Assembly (NCBI GenBank): GCA_041164205.1
Contig: JBEAPX010000056.1
Location: forward strand, 1 to 53,750
Length of the DNA: 53,750 nucleotides
Direction: 5' to 3'
Origin: Pseudomonadota bacterium
GTDB lineage: Bacteria; Pseudomonadota; Gammaproteobacteria; Burkholderiales; Burkholderiaceae_C
This document shows positions 22,225 through 34,300 of this stretch, one piece after another. The notes under the pieces were generated by a model, which was given only the letters and a program-made list of their open reading frames with translations, was not told the DNA's origin and did not search any database. The translations under genes were made by a program, and so were the position numbers. Each line of letters begins with the position of its first letter. The first letter of the stretch is position 1.

Positions 22225-22520
22225 TCGATCACCCTCGGCACCAAAAACAGACCCCGCTCTGCCGCTGGCGCGTTGTACATGTTGGCGTCACGTGCGTCGG
22301 GTTCGCTGACCACATCAGCGCGCAAGCGAAGCGCGACCTCTTGCATCACCGCAGCAGGGTGTGCCAAAGGCTCAATTCCCTGGGTATCCACGGCGTTCAT
22401 CTTGTCAACCAGACCGAAAAAACCATTGATTTGGTCCAGCATGTGCGGGGCCGACTGAGGGTCCAGGTTCAGCCTTGCCAGCTGGGCGATGCGCTCCAGC
22501 TCTTGCATAGAAAGTGACAT
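22221..22520 (-). CDS. gatC: Asp/Glu-tRNA amidotransferase subunit C
   Basis: IAQLARL..., FLVPRVIE; start reassigned to MSLSMQ. Confidence 0.95.
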   Translation of the reverse strand: MSLSMQELERIAQLARLNLDPQSAPHMLDQINGFFGLVDKMNAVDTQGIEPLAHPAAVMQEVALRLRADVVSEPDARDANMYNAPAAERGLFLVPRVIE

Positions 22521-22682
22521 AGGGTCTTCCAATACTCGGCACGAGCACCCGACACGGGCCTCGTACACACTCAAAAAATCAAACGGACTCCACGAAAAGC
22601 GCCCCTCAAAAGCACGCAGCGCTTCACTGTTGCGGTATTATCCCGCCTTTGAGGCGACACTCTGTGTAGACCGGTCAATTGA

Positions 22683-23789
<1,107 letters not shown>

Positions 23790-23853
23790 GCTCGAGATTT
23801 CGCGATCTGATGCTGAGTCTCAGTTCGCTGCGGCTCTACACTAGCGGTTAGTC

Positions 23854-24786
23854 ATGCCCGCGAAATCCTCGTACCGATCCTCGCCCGCCTTTTTCAAACA
23901 AGGGCCGACAGCCTTGCTGAGGCTGTTCATCGCTGCGTCCGTATCCACGACGCTCATGATCGCGGATCAACGCTGGGACTTTGCCACGCCCGTGCGCAAT
24001 ACGGTGGCAACCTTGCTTTACCCAGTGCAATGGACGCTGTTGCAGCCCGTGTACTGGGTGCGCTCTCTGGGCGATGGGTTGGACGAGTTGCGCCAGGCGC
24101 AAGCACTGGCTCAACGCCTGACACAAGAAAACCTCGAGCTCAGTCGCTCCAACCAAACGGCTCAATACCTCGCACTTGAAAACCGACAGCTGCGGGAACT
24201 GCTCGATCTCCAAACGCAGATCTCCACCCGCACGCGCGCCACCCAAGTGTTGTACCGCGTGTCCGACCCTTACAGCCAAACCGTGATGATTTCACACGGC
24301 ACGACGGCAGGCGTTCAAAGCGGAGACGCGGTCATCGATCGCAACGGCGTGTGGGGTCAAGTCACTCAGGCTTATCCTTTCAGCGCAGAAGTCCGCTTGA
24401 TCAACAGTCCGCAACAGAACACCCCCGTGATCAGCGCTCGCAGTGGGGCCGCAGGGGTGATCGTTGGTTCCGCCTTGCAGCGCGGCGCCCTCGAGCTGCA
24501 ATTCACACCGACGCGCGCCGACCTTCAGGTGGGCGATGTATTGATCACCAGCGGCTTGGACGGCGTCTATCCGCCCGGCTACCCGGTGGCGACCATCGAT
24601 CGAATCGAGCGTGGCGCACAAAATTACTTTGATTTGATTTTGGCTCAACCCACAGCCGATGTGCGCAGCTCACGTTACTTGCTGGTGGTTCACAGCGATC
24701 GAATCAACGCACCTGATGCGATCGGTGCCGATCACGGCAAGGGAGCCCCGACTGCGCCTCACTCAGAGGGAAGGAGCAAGCCATGA
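23854..24786 (+). CDS. mreC: Rod shape-determining protein MreC
   Basis: TM, coiled coil (ENRQLRELL), TSGLDGVYPPGYPV; operon position. Confidence 0.95.
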   Translation: MPAKSSYRSSPAFFKQGPTALLRLFIAASVSTTLMIADQRWDFATPVRNTVATLLYPVQWTLLQPVYWVRSLGDGLDELRQAQALAQRLTQENLELSRSNQTAQYLALENRQLRELLDLQTQISTRTRATQVLYRVSDPYSQTVMISHGTTAGVQSGDAVIDRNGVWGQVTQAYPFSAEVRLINSPQQNTPVISARSGAAGVIVGSALQRGALELQFTPTRADLQVGDVLITSGLDGVYPPGYPVATIDRIERGAQNYFDLILAQPTADVRSSRYLLVVHSDRINAPDAIGADHGKGAPTAPHSEGRSKP

Positions 24787-25313
24787 TCATGCGTCGTGGC
24801 GAAATGCTGCTGTTGCCAGCATCGGTCCCATTTGTGTGGTTCACCGTGTGCTTGGCATTTTTGCTCAGCATGGGTTTGAATATTTTGGCCCCCAACACGA
24901 GCCCTTGGGTGCCCGATTTGACGTTGCTGGTGATCATGTTTTGGGCCATGCACCAGCCGCGACACATTGGCATCAGCGCCGCCTTTGTCTTTGGTCTTTT
25001 CAACGATGTGCAGCAGTCCGCGCTGTTAGGTCAGCATGCATTCACTTACAGTCTAGCCGCCTATTTTGCTATTCACCTGCAGCGGCGATTGGCCTACTTC
25101 AGCGCCAGCGAGCAAGCGATTCAGCTCGTGCCGGTGTTGGCCAGCTTGAACGCTTTGCAGTGGTTGATTCGCTGGCTTAGTGATTCTGTGACGCCCTCCT
25201 GGTCGATGTTTTTGGCTCCGGTGCTCGAAGTCATGATGTGGCCCATTCTGGACGCCCTGCTGTTGGCACCTCAGCGCCGTCCGCCCGATCAAGACGATCA
25301 CCGCCCCCTTTGA
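24783..25313 (+). CDS. mreD: Rod shape-determining protein MreD
   Basis: Hydrophobic; PD..L..FW...QPR.IG..AF..GL..D....LLGQHA. Confidence 0.93.
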   Translation: MIMRRGEMLLLPASVPFVWFTVCLAFLLSMGLNILAPNTSPWVPDLTLLVIMFWAMHQPRHIGISAAFVFGLFNDVQQSALLGQHAFTYSLAAYFAIHLQRRLAYFSASEQAIQLVPVLASLNALQWLIRWLSDSVTPSWSMFLAPVLEVMMWPILDALLLAPQRRPPDQDDHRPL

Positions 25314-25319
25314 TGTCGC

Positions 25320-27293
25320 ATGGTTACGCTGCGGAACATTGAACTTGAGATTCTGCGATTCCACCGCCGCCTCGCAGCGGCGGCGCTGGTCGTAGCGATT
25401 GGGTTGTTGCTGATCGCCGCCCGGGCGGCCTATTTACAAATATGGCGGTACGACGCCATGTCAGCACAAGCAGAGGGGAACCGCACGGCCATCGAACCGA
25501 TCGCGCCGGTGCGGGGCGATATCTTTGACCGGGGCGGCAACATCGTCGCCCGCAACCACGCGACGTATGGCCTCGAAATCATCCGCAGCGAGACTCCAGA
25601 CCTCGATGAAACGATCCATCAGCTTCGTCAAATCGTGACGCTGAATGACACCGACATTCTGCGGTTCAAGCGCCGAGCCAGAGATGCGACGAGGCGCGAG
25701 CCGGTGATGTTGCGAAAAGAGTTGTCGGGCGCCGAACTGGCGCGCTTTGCCGCCCAGAAATACGCTTTGCCTGGCGTGAACGTTCGCGCCATGTTGGTTC
25801 GGGAATATCCGCTGGGCGCCACGGCAGGCCACCTCTTGGGCTACTTGGGGCGCATCAGCTTGGCAGATCGAGACACCATGCTGGATTGGCCAGATGAGGA
25901 CCAGGCCAATTACCGCGGCACCAGCGAAATCGGTAAACGCGGCTTAGAGCGCAGTTATGAACGCGACTTGCACGGCACGGCTGGCTATTTGAGGATGGAG
26001 ACCTCGGCGCGTGGCATCGCGACTCGCGAATTAGAGCGTGTGCCGGCTCAGAGCGGGCGCTCGCTTGGGCTGACCATTGATATGCGTTTGCAGCAATTGG
26101 TGGAGCGTCTCTATGGTGAGCGCCGCGGGGCGCTGGTTGCGCTGCAGCCGCAAACCGGCGAGGTCCTGGCGATGGTCAGTATGCCCACGTTTGATCCGAA
26201 CTTGTTTGTGGGTGGCATCGATACGGAGTCTTGGCGCTCGCTCAATGAATCCATTGATCGCCCCCTATTGAACCGAGCCCTGAACGGCACTTACCCCCCG
26301 GGCTCCACTTACAAACCGTTCATGGCTTTGTTGGCATTGAGCTCCGGTAAGCGTGGACCGAAAACCACCATTTCAGATCCTGGCTACTGGATGCTGGGGG
26401 AGCATAAGTTTCGCAGCCACGGAGATACCGCACTGGGCCCGGTGAACTTGCGCACCAGCCTTGTGCAGTCGAGCAACGTGTATTACTACAGCCTTGCGTA
26501 CGAGCTGGGCATCGACGCCATCCATGCCTTCATGGAGCCCTTTGGCTTTGGGCAGCGCACGGGCATTGATTTGGAAGGGGAGTCGCGCGGCATTCTTCCC
26601 AGCAAAGAGTGGAAGGCGCAAGCCTTCGGTGGCAAACGAGGCCAGTGGTATCCGGGCGATACCGTCTCATTAGGGATCGGGCAAGGCTTCAACAGTTTCA
26701 CGGTACTGCAGCTGGCCACGGCGACGTCCGCGTTAGCCAACGGGGGGTTCCGAGTGACGCCTCATTTGGTGCGTGCTGAAAGTGACGCTCAGGCCGGCCC
26801 CGTTGATTTGGGGCTCAATCCTCAACACTTGGCTTGGGTGAAACAAGCCATGGTGGACGTCACGCGGGAAGGCACTTCTCGGGCCGCCTTCGCTGGGGCG
26901 CCGTATTTGAGCGCGGGCAAAACAGGCACTGCGCAGGCGGTCACGATTTCGCAAACCGAAAAGTACGACGCCGCAAAAATGGAAGAGCGCCAGCGCGATC
27001 ACTCGCTTTACATTGCATTTGCGCCCGCAGACAACCCGCAAATCGCGTTGGCGGCCATTGTGGAAAACGCCGGCTTTGGGTCGACAGGAGCGGCCCCCAT
27101 CGCGCGGCGAGTTTTTGATTATTGGTTGCTGAACCGCTACCCAAGCGAAGAAGATATTCAAGCGGTTGCCAAGGGCAGAGTCACCGCGCCCGTTGGCGAG
27201 CCCCGAGACGCACAAACCATTCCTCTGGCATACATCCAACGTGAATTAGAGCCCCCGCCCAAATCCAAGGCGAGCAACGTCGCTCAAAAATAA
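25320..27293 (+). CDS. mrdA: Penicillin-binding protein 2
   Basis: RGDIFDR, YPPGSTYKP (SxxK), SSN, GKTGTAQ. Confidence 0.97.
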   Translation: MVTLRNIELEILRFHRRLAAAALVVAIGLLLIAARAAYLQIWRYDAMSAQAEGNRTAIEPIAPVRGDIFDRGGNIVARNHATYGLEIIRSETPDLDETIHQLRQIVTLNDTDILRFKRRARDATRREPVMLRKELSGAELARFAAQKYALPGVNVRAMLVREYPLGATAGHLLGYLGRISLADRDTMLDWPDEDQANYRGTSEIGKRGLERSYERDLHGTAGYLRMETSARGIATRELERVPAQSGRSLGLTIDMRLQQLVERLYGERRGALVALQPQTGEVLAMVSMPTFDPNLFVGGIDTESWRSLNESIDRPLLNRALNGTYPPGSTYKPFMALLALSSGKRGPKTTISDPGYWMLGEHKFRSHGDTALGPVNLRTSLVQSSNVYYYSLAYELGIDAIHAFMEPFGFGQRTGIDLEGESRGILPSKEWKAQAFGGKRGQWYPGDTVSLGIGQGFNSFTVLQLATATSALANGGFRVTPHLVRAESDAQAGPVDLGLNPQHLAWVKQAMVDVTREGTSRAAFAGAPYLSAGKTGTAQAVTISQTEKYDAAKMEERQRDHSLYIAFAPADNPQIALAAIVENAGFGSTGAAPIARRVFDYWLLNRYPSEEDIQAVAKGRVTAPVGEPRDAQTIPLAYIQRELEPPPKSKASNVAQK

Positions 27294-28048
27294 GCGTCTA
27301 TGCTGGTTTTCAAAATCAGCGCTGTGACCACACACACAAAAACCCAACGCACGAACCCTGCACCGTGGCGCAAGGCCATGCGTGAACCCAACAAGCTACC
27401 TGCCACGTTGGCCAACGCGGTCCAGACCACGACATGCCACCACACGTGACCTTGAAAGGCAAACAAACCCAAGGCCGCGATATTTGACGACCAGTTCAAT
27501 AGCTTGGCGGTGGCGCTGGCGTGCAAAAAGTCGTACCCCAACACGCGCACCAGCAAAATCACAAAGAAGCTGCCTGTCCCAGGTCCGAAAAACCCATCGT
27601 AGCCTCCCACCACCGCGGCAATGCCCATCATCCAGGCGCGCTCGTGGCGCGGGTTCAAACGCGGGGCGTGGCATTTACCCATGTCTCGTTTGAACAAGGT
27701 GTACAAAAGGACGGAAGTCAAGATCAACGGCAAAGCCTTGCGCAGCATTTCGGGGTGCATTTGCGTGACCATCCAAGCCCCACCAATCGATGCGACACAA
27801 GCGCACAGCATGGCCAACGCCACGGTGCGCCAAGGCAGCTGTACATGCCTGGCGTAATGAACGCTGGCGGCGGCCGTGCCCCACATCGATGTGCCTTTGT
27901 TGACGCCAAATAAGGTGGCCGGATGGGCGTTGGGAAAGGTCGCAAACAACGCCGGCACCATCACCAAGCCGCCGCCGCCCACAATGGCATCAATGAATCC
28001 GGCCAGCCCCGAAGCAGAGGTGATCACCGCCCACTCCAAACCTGTCAT
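27284..28048 (-). CDS. TauE/SafE (TSUP) family transporter
   Basis: AGFIDAIVGGGGLV, GGYDGFFGPGTGSF; 3' end overlaps mrdA by 10 nt. Confidence 0.92.
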   Translation of the reverse strand: MTGLEWAVITSASGLAGFIDAIVGGGGLVMVPALFATFPNAHPATLFGVNKGTSMWGTAAASVHYARHVQLPWRTVALAMLCACVASIGGAWMVTQMHPEMLRKALPLILTSVLLYTLFKRDMGKCHAPRLNPRHERAWMMGIAAVVGGYDGFFGPGTGSFFVILLVRVLGYDFLHASATAKLLNWSSNIAALGLFAFQGHVWWHVVVWTALANVAGSLLGSRMALRHGAGFVRWVFVCVVTALILKTSIDAYF

Positions 28049-28091
28049 CTTGTTGGCCTAGCTTTCTCTTGAATGAATGGCACAGCGCCAC

Positions 28092-28123
28092 AAAAAAAAG
28101 CGCCGGTGGCATCACCGGCGCTT
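28092..28123 (-). terminator. Strong intrinsic terminator
   Basis: aagcgccggtg-atgc-caccggcgctt running into a U8 tract on the minus strand. Confidence 0.88.
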
Positions 28124-28196
28124 GGGGTTCGTCTCTGAAGGACGATTTTGTCTCCTCGGCCTCGCTCTGTGAGCAAAAGCACATTTTGCTGCGAGT
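28092..28196 (-). ncRNA. Putative small RNA or terminator-containing leader (~105 nt)
   Basis: TACAGT -10 (28208-28203); 5' stem ctcgc/gcgag enclosing agcaaaa/ttttgct; unpaired GAGGAGACA; tcgtc/gacga hairpin; terminator. Confidence 0.45.
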
Positions 28197-28289
28197 GGTG
28201 GCACTGTAAGGGCACAGGGGACAGCCGCGTACTGGGATTTTCCCCTAGTGCCAACCGCGAAAGCCGCCCCTGCTGTGCGTCAGATGGCG

Positions 28290-29945
28290 TCACGTGCTCG
28301 CCAAAATCCAACGGGCTGCTTTTTCCGCAATCAGCAAGGTAGGGCTGTTGGTATTGCCACTGGTGATGGTCGGCATGACCCCCGCGTCCGCAATATGCAG
28401 CCCACGAATCGTTGAGCCCTGCCCATCCAAGGCCTGCAAATGAGGATTCACCACGGCCAAGGGGTCCGATGGCTTGCCCATTTTTGTGGTGCCCACAGGG
28501 TGAAAGATCGTGGTGGCAATGTCACCCGCAAGGCGCACCAACTCGTCATCGGTTTGGTATTGCACACCAGGCTTGATTTCTCGGGGGTTGTAGGGCTTGA
28601 GCGCAGGCTGCGCCACGATGTGTCGCGCCACGCGCAACGAATCTGCGGCCACCTTTTGATCATCGGCCGTGCTGAGGTAATTCGGCGCGATGGCAGGCGC
28701 ATCGGCACAATCGGACGACTTGATGTGCACCGTGCCGCGGCTGCTGGGGTTGAGATTGCAGACGCTGGCGGTGAACGCATTGAAGCGATGCAACGGTTGC
28801 CCAAAGGCATCCAGACTGAGGGGCTGAACATGGAATTCAATGTTGGGCCACTCGCGTTGTCCGTCACTGCGCGTGAACCCTCCCATCTGACTCGGCGCCA
28901 TGCTCATCGGGCCGCTTCGCTTGAACAGGTACTCCAAACCGATGGCCGCCTTGCCCCACAGGCTATTCGCTTGGGTGTTCAATGTCTTGACACCATCGAC
29001 CTCGTAGACTGCGCGAATTTGCAGGTGATCTTGTAAGTTAGCGCCCACTCCTTCATGTTCAATTTTGACTTCGACGCCGGCGGCGGCGAGTGTCTGGCGT
29101 GAACCCATCCCAGACAGTTCGAGAACTTGGACCGAGCCGATGGCCCCTGCTGCCAAGACGACCCCCCTCGCCGCCTTGACGGCCACCGACTGGCCTTGGC
29201 GCCGCAATTGGGCACCCGTGCATTGCCACCCCTGCGTGGGGCTCTTTTCTAAATGGAGCCTCTCCACCTGTGTCTCTGTCCAAACCGTCAGGTTCGGCCG
29301 AGACATGACCGGGCGCAGGAACGCCTTGGTCGCATTCCAACGCCACCCGGAACGTTGATTCACCTCAAAATAACCCACGCCCTCGTTCGTGCCTCGATTG
29401 AAATCACTGGTCTCGGGAATGCCTGTTTGGACCGCCGCCTTGGCGAACGCATCCAAGATCTCCCAGCGCAACCGCTGCTTTTCCACCCGCCACTCCTTGC
29501 CATGCCCATGGTAGCGGCGGTGCTCAGGGTCGGCTTCAGGGCTGTCCAAACGGTAGTGCGACTCATGCCCCATAAAGTCGGGCAAGGACCGCTCCCAAGT
29601 CCAGTCGTCCTCGCCTGTGAGATGGGCCCAATGGTCGTAATCTCGGGCTTGTCCGCGCATATAAATCATGCCGTTGATGCTGGAGCACCCGCCTAAGGTT
29701 TTGCCGCGGGGGTAGAGCAAACTGCGGCCATTCAGGCCAGGGTCCGCCTCGGTGCGATACAGCCAATCGGTGCGAGGGTTACCAATGCAGTACAGATACC
29801 CCACGGGGATGTGAATCCAATGGTAATTGTCGGATCGACCCGCTTCGATCAGCAAAACCTTGCGATTGGGGTCGGCGCTTAACCGGTTGGCCAGGAGGCA
29901 GCCCGCGGTCCCTGCACCCACAATGATGTGGTCAAACTCTTGCAT
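28290..29945 (-). CDS. GMC oxidoreductase (choline dehydrogenase-like)
   Basis: GAGTAG FAD motif, PRGKTLGGCSSINGMIY, NLQDH, HPVGT, SGNTN. Confidence 0.93.
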   Translation of the reverse strand: MQEFDHIIVGAGTAGCLLANRLSADPNRKVLLIEAGRSDNYHWIHIPVGYLYCIGNPRTDWLYRTEADPGLNGRSLLYPRGKTLGGCSSINGMIYMRGQARDYDHWAHLTGEDDWTWERSLPDFMGHESHYRLDSPEADPEHRRYHGHGKEWRVEKQRLRWEILDAFAKAAVQTGIPETSDFNRGTNEGVGYFEVNQRSGWRWNATKAFLRPVMSRPNLTVWTETQVERLHLEKSPTQGWQCTGAQLRRQGQSVAVKAARGVVLAAGAIGSVQVLELSGMGSRQTLAAAGVEVKIEHEGVGANLQDHLQIRAVYEVDGVKTLNTQANSLWGKAAIGLEYLFKRSGPMSMAPSQMGGFTRSDGQREWPNIEFHVQPLSLDAFGQPLHRFNAFTASVCNLNPSSRGTVHIKSSDCADAPAIAPNYLSTADDQKVAADSLRVARHIVAQPALKPYNPREIKPGVQYQTDDELVRLAGDIATTIFHPVGTTKMGKPSDPLAVVNPHLQALDGQGSTIRGLHIADAGVMPTITSGNTNSPTLLIAEKAARWILAST

Positions 29946-30084
29946 TTCGCGTCCTCGTGCGTCTTAAGCGAGCCTAGTCTGGCTCGAATAGTGCCGAGAT
30001 TACCCGAACTCAAGGGGATTGCCACTCACCCAAATGACAATCCAAGGCCCTCGGGTCTGTGCGGGTGATGGCCTTGGACTTGCG

Positions 30085-31128
30085 CTATCCGGCGACTGGG
30101 GTAGGCGGTGGGGCCGGCTCTGGCACCAGCAATGTGCCTTGCCGCAGCCCGCGCAGGGTCGACACGACCAGCCACCCAATCACCAACGAGGTCAATGCCA
30201 ACAACACCATGGCGGCGGCTGACATCCAACCTGTCGCACCCCGTTCGGCAAGGAGCAAAGTCAAGCTGGTGAGGGCCGCCAAAGGAAACGAGATCGCCCA
30301 AAAGCCCATATGAAATCCGACGGCCATCGCACGGTTGACCACCTGCGTGGCCCACAGCAGGCTGAACACGGCCACGCCCCAAAAACCCATGGACCAGCCC
30401 AGCGGTGCACCCAAAATGACACTCACAATGCCAATCACGGATGGCGGCGCCACCGTGATGAACCAAGACATCAATAGCCTTGGCGGCAAGGCTGAATGCG
30501 CGGCCCGGCGTGCCAGCACCAGCACCAGCGCCACGGGCCAAAAGAAAACACCGATGGCCAGTTGCGCCATCGACCATTCCAGGTGACCCAAAGGCACCCC
30601 CGCCAGGGGAACCACCACGTTGCCCACCACCGGAATGAACAACACAGGTGTGATACCGGCCCACATAGAGGGGTCGCCTGCGCGCTGCTCGTGCAGCCAA
30701 CGCCCAAGCACCCACACTGTGATGCCCAGCTCCGCGGCCGCCGCCATGGCCCACAGCCCATCCACCCACACGTTGGCACCGCCATAGTGAACCGCGAGCG
30801 CCACCAGCAACAGCACGCCAACCGCCACCGCCGCCGCGAATGCATGGCGGACTGGGTGGGCTAAGTCTTGCAGCAACGCGTCTGGAAAACGCTGCGCTCG
30901 GCGCACGGTCGCCACAGCAATGGCGACCCAAGTCAGAGCAGCGATGGTGCCCAAACCCTTGGCCACCCAGTCAGCGGATGGCCCCATGAGGTACGCCGCC
31001 CGAGACCACGCCAGCGCCAAGCCGGTCAACCCCATGACTGTGCTGAACCACACCAGCTGCAAATGCGCGAGCCCTCGAGGAGGCATGGCTGAGGATGGCG
31101 AAGATGAGGGGTTTCCAAGGGTTTGCAT
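30085..31128 (-). CDS. SLAC1/TDT-family (TehA/SSU1-like) anion channel
   Basis: WFSTVMGLTGL, DLAHPVR, IPVVGN, FITVAPP, FWAISFPLAA. Confidence 0.88.
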   Translation of the reverse strand: MQTLGNPSSSPSSAMPPRGLAHLQLVWFSTVMGLTGLALAWSRAAYLMGPSADWVAKGLGTIAALTWVAIAVATVRRAQRFPDALLQDLAHPVRHAFAAAVAVGVLLLVALAVHYGGANVWVDGLWAMAAAAELGITVWVLGRWLHEQRAGDPSMWAGITPVLFIPVVGNVVVPLAGVPLGHLEWSMAQLAIGVFFWPVALVLVLARRAAHSALPPRLLMSWFITVAPPSVIGIVSVILGAPLGWSMGFWGVAVFSLLWATQVVNRAMAVGFHMGFWAISFPLAALTSLTLLLAERGATGWMSAAAMVLLALTSLVIGWLVVSTLRGLRQGTLLVPEPAPPPTPVAG

Positions 31129-31136
31129 AAAGACGA

Positions 31137-31358
31137 TCAGTTACAGCACTTGCCTTCGTCTGGCACACCCAGCTTGCGCAAAATCGTGCCCATCAGGCAC
31201 CACTTGGTCAAACCAGACTGGAACAAATTGGCGCCAACAAACGCTGTGAAGGCCAGCCACCAGCTGTTCACAAAGAGAGGACTGGCTTCTACGCCCAGTG
31301 CCAGAGACAACATCACAAACAAACCCGCGACCACATGAATGATTCGATCAACAGTCAT
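31137..31358 (-). CDS. DUF2892 (YgaP-like) small membrane protein
   Basis: MTVDRIIHVVAG, FTAFVGANLFQSGLTKWCLM..IL.KLG, C-terminal CC. Confidence 0.9.
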   Translation of the reverse strand: MTVDRIIHVVAGLFVMLSLALGVEASPLFVNSWWLAFTAFVGANLFQSGLTKWCLMGTILRKLGVPDEGKCCN

Positions 31359-31392
31359 TTCAATTTCCTTTCAAAATAATCCAACACACACA

Positions 31393-34300
31393 TCAAACTT
31401 CAAACTTGCGACGATAAACCGCGTAGTACATCACCGGGATCACCACCAGGGTCAACAGGGTGGAGACGGCGATGCCAAAAATCAAGGAGATCGCTAAGCC
31501 ATTGAAGATGGGGTCGTCCAAGATAAAAAACGCCCCCACCATTGCCGCGATGCCGGTCAAGGCAATGGGCTGTGCCCGCACGGCAGCAGACTCTATCACC
31601 GCAGTTGCAAAAGCAACGCCGCGCGATGTCTCCAATTCAATGAAGTCCACCAACAAAATCGAATTGCGGACAATGATCCCCGCCAAAGCGATCATGCCGA
31701 TCATGCTGGTCGCGGTGAACTGCGCCCCCAAAATCGCATGGCCTGGCATCACCCCGATGATGGTCAGCGGGATAGGAGCCATGATGATCAACGGGGTCAC
31801 ATAACTGCGGAACTGTGCCACGACGAGCAAGTAAATCAAAATCAACCCCACGCCATATGCCGCGCCCATATCGCGGAAAGTTTCATAGGTGATTTGCCAC
31901 TCACCGTCCCACTTGACGCTGTATTCGCGGTATGGGTCTGAGGGCTGCTTGATCCAATACTCACCAAGCGCACCGGCGCCGGGCACGGCCGCACTTTGGA
32001 GTTCTTGGCGAATGTCCGCCAATCCGTACAGCGGCGAATCCAGCTGGCCGGCCATGTCGCCCACCACATAAGTCACGGGCATCAAATCTTTGGAATAGCG
32101 GGGGTAGTCAATCACACCCCACTCCACTGAAACCAGTTCCGACAGCGGCACCATCGACCCATTGGCGGCTCGCAATGGCAAGCCCAACACCGTCGTCAAC
32201 CCCACTTTTTCAGTCTGTGGCAGCTCAAGGCGCACAGGCACAGGGCGCTTGGCCATGCCATCGCGCAGGTACGTGGCATCGGTGCCAGACAAAGCGGTAT
32301 AGACAGTTTGAGCAATCACGGCAACGGGAATACCCAAGGCCTCGGCACGCGCGCTGCGCACCCGCAAGAACGCACGGGGGGCCTGCTCTTTCAACGAGGT
32401 ATCCACGCCAACGATGTCAGGCGTTTGCTTGAAGCGCTCGGCCAACTTTTGGGCCACGGCCACTCGCCCAGCCTCGTCGGGACCATAGACCTCCGCCACG
32501 ATCGGTGACATCACTGGTGGTCCCGGAGGCACTTCCACGACCTTCACACGTGCCCCGTGAACCGTGGCGATTTTTTCCAGAGCCGGGCGCAAACGCTGCG
32601 CAATGGCGTGTGACTTCTCATGGCGGTGCTGCTTGTCCACTAGGGTGACTTGCAAGTCGCCGCCCTCCGCTTCGGCGCGCAAATAGTACTGACGCACCAA
32701 GCCATTGAAGGTGATGGGGCTGGAAGTCCCCGCATAGCCTTGTAAGTGCGTGACTTCTTTTTGCTGTGCCAAAAAGCTACCCATCTCCTGCAAGACGGCT
32801 GCTGTCGATTCCAGTGGCGTGCCCGCCGGCATATCCACCACAACTTGGAACTCGCTCTTGTTGTCGAATGGCAGCATCTTCAAGACCACCGCTTGAATCG
32901 CTGTCAGGCCCACCGACAGGAACATCGCGACGACGACACCCACTGCCAACAACCAACGCTTCTTCGCAGACGCCAACAGCGGCGTCAAGATGGTTTTGAA
33001 CGTGCTTTGCAGCGTCCGCGTGATCTTCGATGGTCCGTGTGCATGGGCGTGTCCATCTTGCTTGGTGAGTTTGAGCGCCAACCAGGGGGTGACGGTAAAC
33101 GCAATGGCCAGCGACAGTGCCATTCCCATCGACGAGTTGATCGGAATTGGGCTCATGTAGGGGCCCATCAATCCGGAGACAAAGGCCATTGGCAACAGCG
33201 CCGCGATCACGGTCATCGTCGCCAAAATGGTGGGGCCGCCCACTTCATCGACCGCCACAGGAATGATGTCGATCAGCTTGGCGTCTGGCGTCAATTGGCG
33301 GTGACGGTGGATGTTCTCCACCACCACAATCGCATCGTCCACCAAAATGCCAATGGAAAAGATCAACGCAAACAAAGAGACGCGGTTCAGGGTAAAGCCC
33401 CAGGCCCAAGATGCAAATAAGGTCGCCATCAAAGTCAGCACGACCGCTGCACCGACGATGACCGCCTCTCTGCGTCCGAGCGCCATACCCACAAGCAGAA
33501 TCACACTGCCAGTAGCAAACGCCAGTTTTTGAATCAGCTTGTTGGCTTTTTCTGCGGCCGTTTGACCGTAGTCGCGGGTGATCGTCATCTCCAGATTGCT
33601 GGGGATAATGGCATCTTGCAATTCATCCAGGCGTTTGCGCACATTTTGAGCGACGTCAACCGCGTTTTCACCTGGCTTTTTGGTGACCGTGATGGTCACC
33701 GCTGGAAAGGTTTGTCCCGCTTGCTGTTGAGCACCCGACTCGCCCGCCCCAAGGGTGTGCCAGACATATTGAACAGGCGACTTGGCACCCGCCTCAATCG
33801 TGGCGACCTCGCGCAAATACACGGGGCGGCCTTGGTGCACGCCCACGACGATGCTTGCGACGTCTTCAGGCGACGTCAAGAACTCGCCCGTCTCGACCGT
33901 CACCATACCGCCCTTGCTCGGCTCGACCACGACGCCGGACGGCAGTCCTAAATTCGCCGCAGCCAGCGACTGCTCAAGCGATTGGGTGCTGATGCCGCGT
34001 TCGCGCATCCGCTCTGGATCAAGCCACACATTCACCGCACGGCCGGGTCCACCGATGGTCTTCACTTCACGCGTACCAGGGACACGTTTCAACTCAGACT
34101 CAATAGAGGCGGCCACACGCTCCAACGCCAGACCGCTTTCTTGGTCTTTGCTGTGCAGCGTGGCGGCAATCACTGGCACGTCATCGATGCCTTTTGGCTT
34201 GACAATTGGTGTCATCACACCCAAGCCCCTGGGCAACCAATCGCTGTTGCTATTCAAAACGTCGTAAAGGCGAACCAGTGCATCCGTTCGAGGGACGCCC

